This document shows positions 59,291 through 64,000 of a stretch of 64,000 bases of DNA, piece after piece. Position 1 is the first letter of the stretch; every line of letters begins with the position of its first letter. The notes beneath the pieces are model-generated. The model was not told where the DNA came from, did not search any database, and worked only from the letters and a program-made list of their open reading frames with translations. Origin of the DNA: a bacterium (GTDB lineage: Bacteria; Patescibacteriota; Minisyncoccia; Phycocordibacterales; CALRBL01); contig JAIYEG010000010.1 in NCBI GenBank assembly GCA_027487075.1, forward strand, positions 47,270-111,269, read 5' to 3'. The position numbers and the translations under genes are program-made.

Positions 59291-60967
59291 TTACTCCGAA
59301 ATAACGTTCTTTTCCTTGAAAATACGGCGTGGGATGATAGCCATAATTTCCCTGAGTTCAGGATTGCGAAGAAGCGACAGCACCCCTACAGCGGCAAGTA
59401 TACCGACGATACCCGCAACAAAGCCCTGTGTAAAGATACCTACTGTCGTCTCGGTATCAACGAAACGGAGCATGGCACCAAGCGTGAGATATGCCACGAA
59501 TCCTGCCACCACCGCCCCACTGAATGCTTGGAAGAGTGTCTTTACCGCATTATCAAGCGCCCCCTTGAACGATCGGCGAAATGCCAACCAAAGCACCACA
59601 GCATTGCATACGGTACCAATCGAAAAACCAAGTGGTAGCGCCAGTACCACCGCACCAGGAATATCTTGTACCTTAAACAATACTTCAATAAAATATCCAA
59701 ACGTTGGTAGTGCTTTCCAAAGCACAATAAAAATACCTGGGAGTACGATGGTGAGAACTGAAAAGATAACATTAATAATCAAAGGTTTTTTGGTGTTCCC
59801 CGCTGCATAGTATGCGCGCACAAACAAAAGCTCAAGACTTTGGGCGATGAGTGAAATAGTAAAGAGAGCAAGACACGCCGCTGTAAGACGGGTATCGTCC
59901 CAATTAAACGACCCCGATCCAAGAATTACACGCACAATCTGCGCACGAAGCACAATAAAGAGCGCGGTGATAGGAAGCGCCCAGAAGATAATATGTCGTG
60001 CAGCCACCTCCACATGCTCCAAGAATTTTTCTTTATCACCACTTGAGAATAATTTGCTCAGTGTCGGGAACGCAGCAAGCGAATAACTCACCCCGATAAT
60101 AGCAAATGGTACCGACTGAAGATTAAGGGCGAGATTAAAAATCGCAATCGAACCTTCTTGCATGTAGGATGCATATAAGGTAATAAAAATAAGTTCTAAA
60201 CTAAAAAGTGAGAGCGTGAGTGTGCGTGGTAACGAAAGAGTGATAACCTCAATAAACTCTTTCCAGCGAATATGCAGAGTAAATGCAGGGAGCAAGTTGA
60301 TTGAGCTGATATAAGGAAGCTGAATCGCAAAGTGAAGTACCGCACCAATAACCACCCCCCAGATAATACCCACAAGACCAAGTGACGGCGCAAGATACAT
60401 AATACCTGCAATAATTGCCGCATTATAAAATAGCGGGCTCAGTGCATACAAAAAGAAACGACGAGTAACTTGTGTAAGTGAGCCAAGCAAACTTGAAATA
60501 CCAAGAGCGATGGGTTGCAAGAGAAGAATACGAGACAGCTTGATAAATTCATCATACACAGACCCCTCAAGTCCTGGCATAACAAACTTCGAAAGATACG
60601 GCATGAACAAGAATGCACACATAGATACAATGATCATCAAAAGCATGTACCCACTAAACAATGTATCAATGAGTTGTTTGGTATGTGCCTCCCCCTTCTC
60701 AGCATCCTTTTCAAAAGCTTTTGCCAAAAAAGGAATTAAGACCGATATTGAAACCAAAGAAGCAACAGTAGCGAATATAAGATCAGGGATTCGAAACGAG
60801 GCATAATAAATATCGAGTGTTTGTCCTGCTCCGAACTGATGCGCCAACAATTTATCACGGACAAGCGCAAGGCATTGAGACAAGAACGCAAAGATACCAA
60901 GAAGATACGCAGCGTTATGTACTCCGCTTATTTCCCTACTAAAAATTGAAACGAGTCTACGAACCAT
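59291..60967 (-). CDS. murJ: Lipid II flippase MurJ
   Basis: 558 aa with 14 TM helices and a MviN/MurJ-type N-terminus (AAYLLGIFAFLSQCLALVRDKLLAHQFGAG). Confidence 0.85.
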   Translation of the reverse strand: MVRRLVSIFSREISGVHNAAYLLGIFAFLSQCLALVRDKLLAHQFGAGQTLDIYYASFRIPDLIFATVASLVSISVLIPFLAKAFEKDAEKGEAHTKQLIDTLFSGYMLLMIIVSMCAFLFMPYLSKFVMPGLEGSVYDEFIKLSRILLLQPIALGISSLLGSLTQVTRRFFLYALSPLFYNAAIIAGIMYLAPSLGLVGIIWGVVIGAVLHFAIQLPYISSINLLPAFTLHIRWKEFIEVITLSLPRTLTLSLFSLELIFITLYASYMQEGSIAIFNLALNLQSVPFAIIGVSYSLAAFPTLSKLFSSGDKEKFLEHVEVAARHIIFWALPITALFIVLRAQIVRVILGSGSFNWDDTRLTAACLALFTISLIAQSLELLFVRAYYAAGNTKKPLIINVIFSVLTIVLPGIFIVLWKALPTFGYFIEVLFKVQDIPGAVVLALPLGFSIGTVCNAVVLWLAFRRSFKGALDNAVKTLFQAFSGAVVAGFVAYLTLGAMLRFVDTETTVGIFTQGFVAGIVGILAAVGVLSLLRNPELREIMAIIPRRIFKEKNVISE

Positions 60968-63126
60968 TAGTTCCTCTTAGTTGAAGTCGCGGTAGAAGTC
61001 GCGACAGGTGCTTGGTTGGTAATGTTTTCAAATGGTGAGCTCTGAAGCGACGATACAAGCGAGCCAATTTCGGCATTTGTGGGTGCAAGACTTGATGCAA
61101 TCTTGAATGCAGCAAGCGCATCCTGCTTATTACCTTCTGCAGCCAAAATACTACCAAGAAGAACAATCGCCTCTACATAATCGGATTTCAACTGAAGTGC
61201 TTCCCCCAACTTTTTCTTTGCTTCATCTTTATTTTGACGAGAAGCTTCAAGCTTTGCTTCAAGATATGGAACAATGGGCGAGTTAGGATTGAGCTCAGAT
61301 GCGCGTCCATACGTCTTTAAAGCCTCATCATAGTACCCTGGTGCACCGAGTGATGCTCCAACCACCAAAATATTTCCCTTGGTAGTTTGATTTTCGAATG
61401 AATAAGGATTGAATTGTACTGCAGCCTCAGCATACCGTAATGCCTCTGGATACAAGTTTTCAAGACGAGCAACGAGCTGTTCTTTTGAGTTTTGATTATC
61501 AGCAAGCACAGAATTAATTTGTGCGAGCGTAATGTTCGCTAAAATACGTGCATAGTCATCTCTCCCTGATAAACTCGCAGCTGTTCGAAGATAGCCCTTA
61601 ACAGTTTCGATGTCTGCGTCTGATTGTGCGTTACCAAACATCTCACTTGCATATCCAGCATATCCACTTGCTACCGCACGCTCACCAAGAGAAAATGCCC
61701 AAAAGATCACAAATAACAACACAAGCATAAGGCCTGTAATCCAACGAAAACTCTTACTCTTTGAATTATCGAAGACAAACTCTTTTTCAACAAGAATACG
61801 CTCACGTACCATCAATGCTAAAAATAGCCCTGAGAAAAAGAAAGTGAGAATAAACACACCGATACTTGGAGTATAAAGGGTGGAAACAATCCACAAATAC
61901 AATGAGACAACAAAAGTGGTAACGGTCACATAATTAGAAAAATGATCTTTTGGCTTTGAAAGAATCCAGCGAATACCGGTATACACAAAGAAACCAATAA
62001 ACGACATCCACGCGAGTGTTCCAATAAGCCCCATCGTAACAGGTATCGATGGTAAGAAACCACTACCAAAATCAAAGTTACTATTCCAACCATTACCTTG
62101 GTTGGCCTCAACTGGCTTTTGACGAAGCCAGTGATAATTAAACTGCTGTGGACCATATCCTACCAATGTTGCTTTTGGTGCATCTTTAAAGGTAGCGACA
62201 CTGAGTTGTGAGGTCATATTCCACAACATGCGATTTTCAATACTTGGCTCAACCTTGAATAAGGTTGCAGTCACTTCTTGAAGTGGTGCAGCTCCAAAGG
62301 TAAAGAGTGCAGATACTACCAACACAATCAAAGATGTGATAGGGACTCGCCTTTTAGTCTCACTACGATACGTAAGTGAGATAAAATATACAAAAAACGA
62401 AAGTGCAAAAAAACCAATAATTGCAAACAAGCTCAACGAACTTGAGAGCGAATTACCCCATACAAAAATAGGAAAATTCGTCACGGCAAGCATGGCAAGA
62501 GAGAGGGTGAGCACAACGTAGCTCACCATTTTTATCAAGCGACTTGGATGAAGAAGCTCGATTGACACAAGAGAGATCAAAGCTGCAATACCCGAAACAA
62601 TACCAAGATCAGCGAATCGCCCAACGGTATTTGAAATAACTGAATTAAAAATACCAAATGAAAGAAAATCTGGACCGAAGAAGAAGCGCAATAAATGAAA
62701 GACTGCGAGTATACTAAACGCACCCACAAATGCTGCACAGGCATTAAATATATTTTGACGTGACCGCATAAACATTGAAACGATCACCATCAAAAGAAAA
62801 AGGCCTCCCATAAAACTAGCGGTGCCTATATCAGCTCCTCCACCAATAAATGAACCACGGGGATCTATCGAAAAGAATGACGTGAGCACGTACGCCACCA
62901 TAACCGCAATCACCGAGTAAAACACTCCGCCCACAGGTAAGACCGCTTTACCCTTATTAAAAAACGTAATAATTACAAGAACAATACTCACAAACACAGT
63001 AAGAAACAAAGGAATCACCTTCGCCATAGAAAATGAAACGACTGAAGATGTAGAGAAGAGTAATGGTGTTATAAATACCAACCCTGTCAAAAGATATGCG
63101 ATGTACGTATGTATTTTTGTATCCAT
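60967..63126 (-). CDS. O-antigen ligase/polymerase-like polytopic membrane protein with C-terminal TPR repeats
   Basis: More than 10 TM helices in a Wzy_C-like arrangement, then TPR-like repeats (ALKTYGRASELNPNS..., ALQLKSDYVEAIVLLGSIL). Confidence 0.5.
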   Translation of the reverse strand: MDTKIHTYIAYLLTGLVFITPLLFSTSSVVSFSMAKVIPLFLTVFVSIVLVIITFFNKGKAVLPVGGVFYSVIAVMVAYVLTSFFSIDPRGSFIGGGADIGTASFMGGLFLLMVIVSMFMRSRQNIFNACAAFVGAFSILAVFHLLRFFFGPDFLSFGIFNSVISNTVGRFADLGIVSGIAALISLVSIELLHPSRLIKMVSYVVLTLSLAMLAVTNFPIFVWGNSLSSSLSLFAIIGFFALSFFVYFISLTYRSETKRRVPITSLIVLVVSALFTFGAAPLQEVTATLFKVEPSIENRMLWNMTSQLSVATFKDAPKATLVGYGPQQFNYHWLRQKPVEANQGNGWNSNFDFGSGFLPSIPVTMGLIGTLAWMSFIGFFVYTGIRWILSKPKDHFSNYVTVTTFVVSLYLWIVSTLYTPSIGVFILTFFFSGLFLALMVRERILVEKEFVFDNSKSKSFRWITGLMLVLLFVIFWAFSLGERAVASGYAGYASEMFGNAQSDADIETVKGYLRTAASLSGRDDYARILANITLAQINSVLADNQNSKEQLVARLENLYPEALRYAEAAVQFNPYSFENQTTKGNILVVGASLGAPGYYDEALKTYGRASELNPNSPIVPYLEAKLEASRQNKDEAKKKLGEALQLKSDYVEAIVLLGSILAAEGNKQDALAAFKIASSLAPTNAEIGSLVSSLQSSPFENITNQAPVATSTATSTKRN

Positions 63127-63153
63127 TGTGTAATGCTCTGTAAATTTTATAAA

Positions 63154-63711
63154 TTATTTTTCTGCCGCTCTCACCATATCACCAATCATAATTCCATACT
63201 TATCAACAAAACCAGCATTTACTTCAAGAACATATTTTGAAAGTGTATCAGGCTCAAATGAGCGAGGATACGTATTCGGTGATACGTTTTTTTCAATATC
63301 AACCACTTGGAAATCTTTATCTATCCAGATAATATCGATAGGAAAAGACATTCCTTTCATCCATATCGCAGGATATCCAGGTTCTTCAAACACAAAAAGC
63401 ATTCCCCTTTTTTCTTCAAGATTTCGCGTCATACTAAGCCCCATCTCTCGAGCGGAATCGTTTAAGGCAAGGTCAACAGTGAGAGTGGTGGTTCCTACTT
63501 CAATATCAATCGGCTCCATCGCATCTGAGAGTAATTGAATTTCGATACGCTTACCCAACGTCTCTCGAGAAAGGCTTTTTACATAGGGAATGACAAGATA
63601 AAACGAAACGAGTCCAATCGAAATAAGAACAAGAGCAATAAAAGTCTTTTTGAATATTGATCCCATAAGAGATATTGTAGCATGAATAGAGGGGCGACTA
63701 AAAGTGAGCAA
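63154..63711 (-). CDS. DUF192-like secreted protein
   Basis: Signal anchor followed by the GM.F...ID..W.D...V segment typical of COG1430/DUF192. Confidence 0.45.
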   Translation of the reverse strand: MLTFSRPSIHATISLMGSIFKKTFIALVLISIGLVSFYLVIPYVKSLSRETLGKRIEIQLLSDAMEPIDIEVGTTTLTVDLALNDSAREMGLSMTRNLEEKRGMLFVFEEPGYPAIWMKGMSFPIDIIWIDKDFQVVDIEKNVSPNTYPRSFEPDTLSKYVLEVNAGFVDKYGIMIGDMVRAAEK

Positions 63712-64000
63712 TTACTTTACCTAGTACATCCTTCATGGGCACTAGACCATGTATCGAACTTGGACTATCTCCCTTTTGGTACAACATACCCTCCGGAACA
63801 ACTAGACTCATGTCTTCTGACTCGATTTCAGGATAGCTCACAGGCACACCGTTTACTGAAATAATGTTATTTGTAATATCAACCCTATCTCCAGGTAATG
63901 CAACAACACGATGCACCCAATCTCTATACGGGAATATTTCCGATGGCGCAAACATCACAACATCGTTCTGATGGATGTTGAAAATATAATAGTGATATGT
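63698..64000 (-). CDS. Signal peptidase I paralog, C-terminal part (partial, 5' end beyond the window)
   Basis: VALPGDRVDI...VNG and C-terminal boxes of LepB. The frame stays open to the window edge. Confidence 0.45.
   Translation of the reverse strand, partial: TYHYYIFNIHQNDVVMFAPSEIFPYRDWVHRVVALPGDRVDITNNIISVNGVPVSYPEIESEDMSLVVPEGMLYQKGDSPSSIHGLVPMKDVLGKVIAHF

Overview
The window is a 64-kb, AT-moderate (roughly 40-45% GC) chromosomal segment. Gene content and gene-size pattern look like a small-genome Candidate Phyla Radiation (Parcubacteria/Saccharibacteria-like) bacterium. The housekeeping backbone is topA, parB, miaA, rpmG, clpB, iscS-like, infB, rbfA, gyrA, rpsA, pth, lepB, rpsU, ybeY, ftsA, ftsZ, trxB, tsaD, valS, hsp20, lepA and murJ. 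There are 13 tRNA genes: Leu x3, Trp, Tyr, Lys, Cys, Ser, Glu, Val, Phe and Arg. Accessory content includes three type-IV pilin genes and a tandem array of five VirB2/TrbC-like small pilin paralogs. The best-supported system is a complete diversity-generating retroelement (DGR) at about 52.1-55.8 kb. It has a 612-aa target gene with a 3' variable repeat and a 128-bp template repeat; all 19 mismatches between them fall on template adenines. It also carries an Avd-like four-helix-bundle gene, a DGR-type reverse transcriptase with the LGxxxSQ motif, and a (GA)15 microsatellite directly in front of the RT. The DGR lies in a small island with a decayed large serine recombinase and a truncated peptidase on one side and tRNA-Arg on the other. 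A second unusual feature is a family of at least six nested palindromic intergenic elements. Each has a conserved core of about 60 bp (GGATATTTTCTTACTAGAAAATTCC...GAGCCTCGCAAGGCTC) sitting inside locus-specific perfect inverted repeats. Other points are several GC-rich or AT-rich probable foreign islets, a frameshifted ANT-like nucleotidyltransferase at a C6 tract, a degenerate HisRS paralog and an aberrant tRNA-like element.
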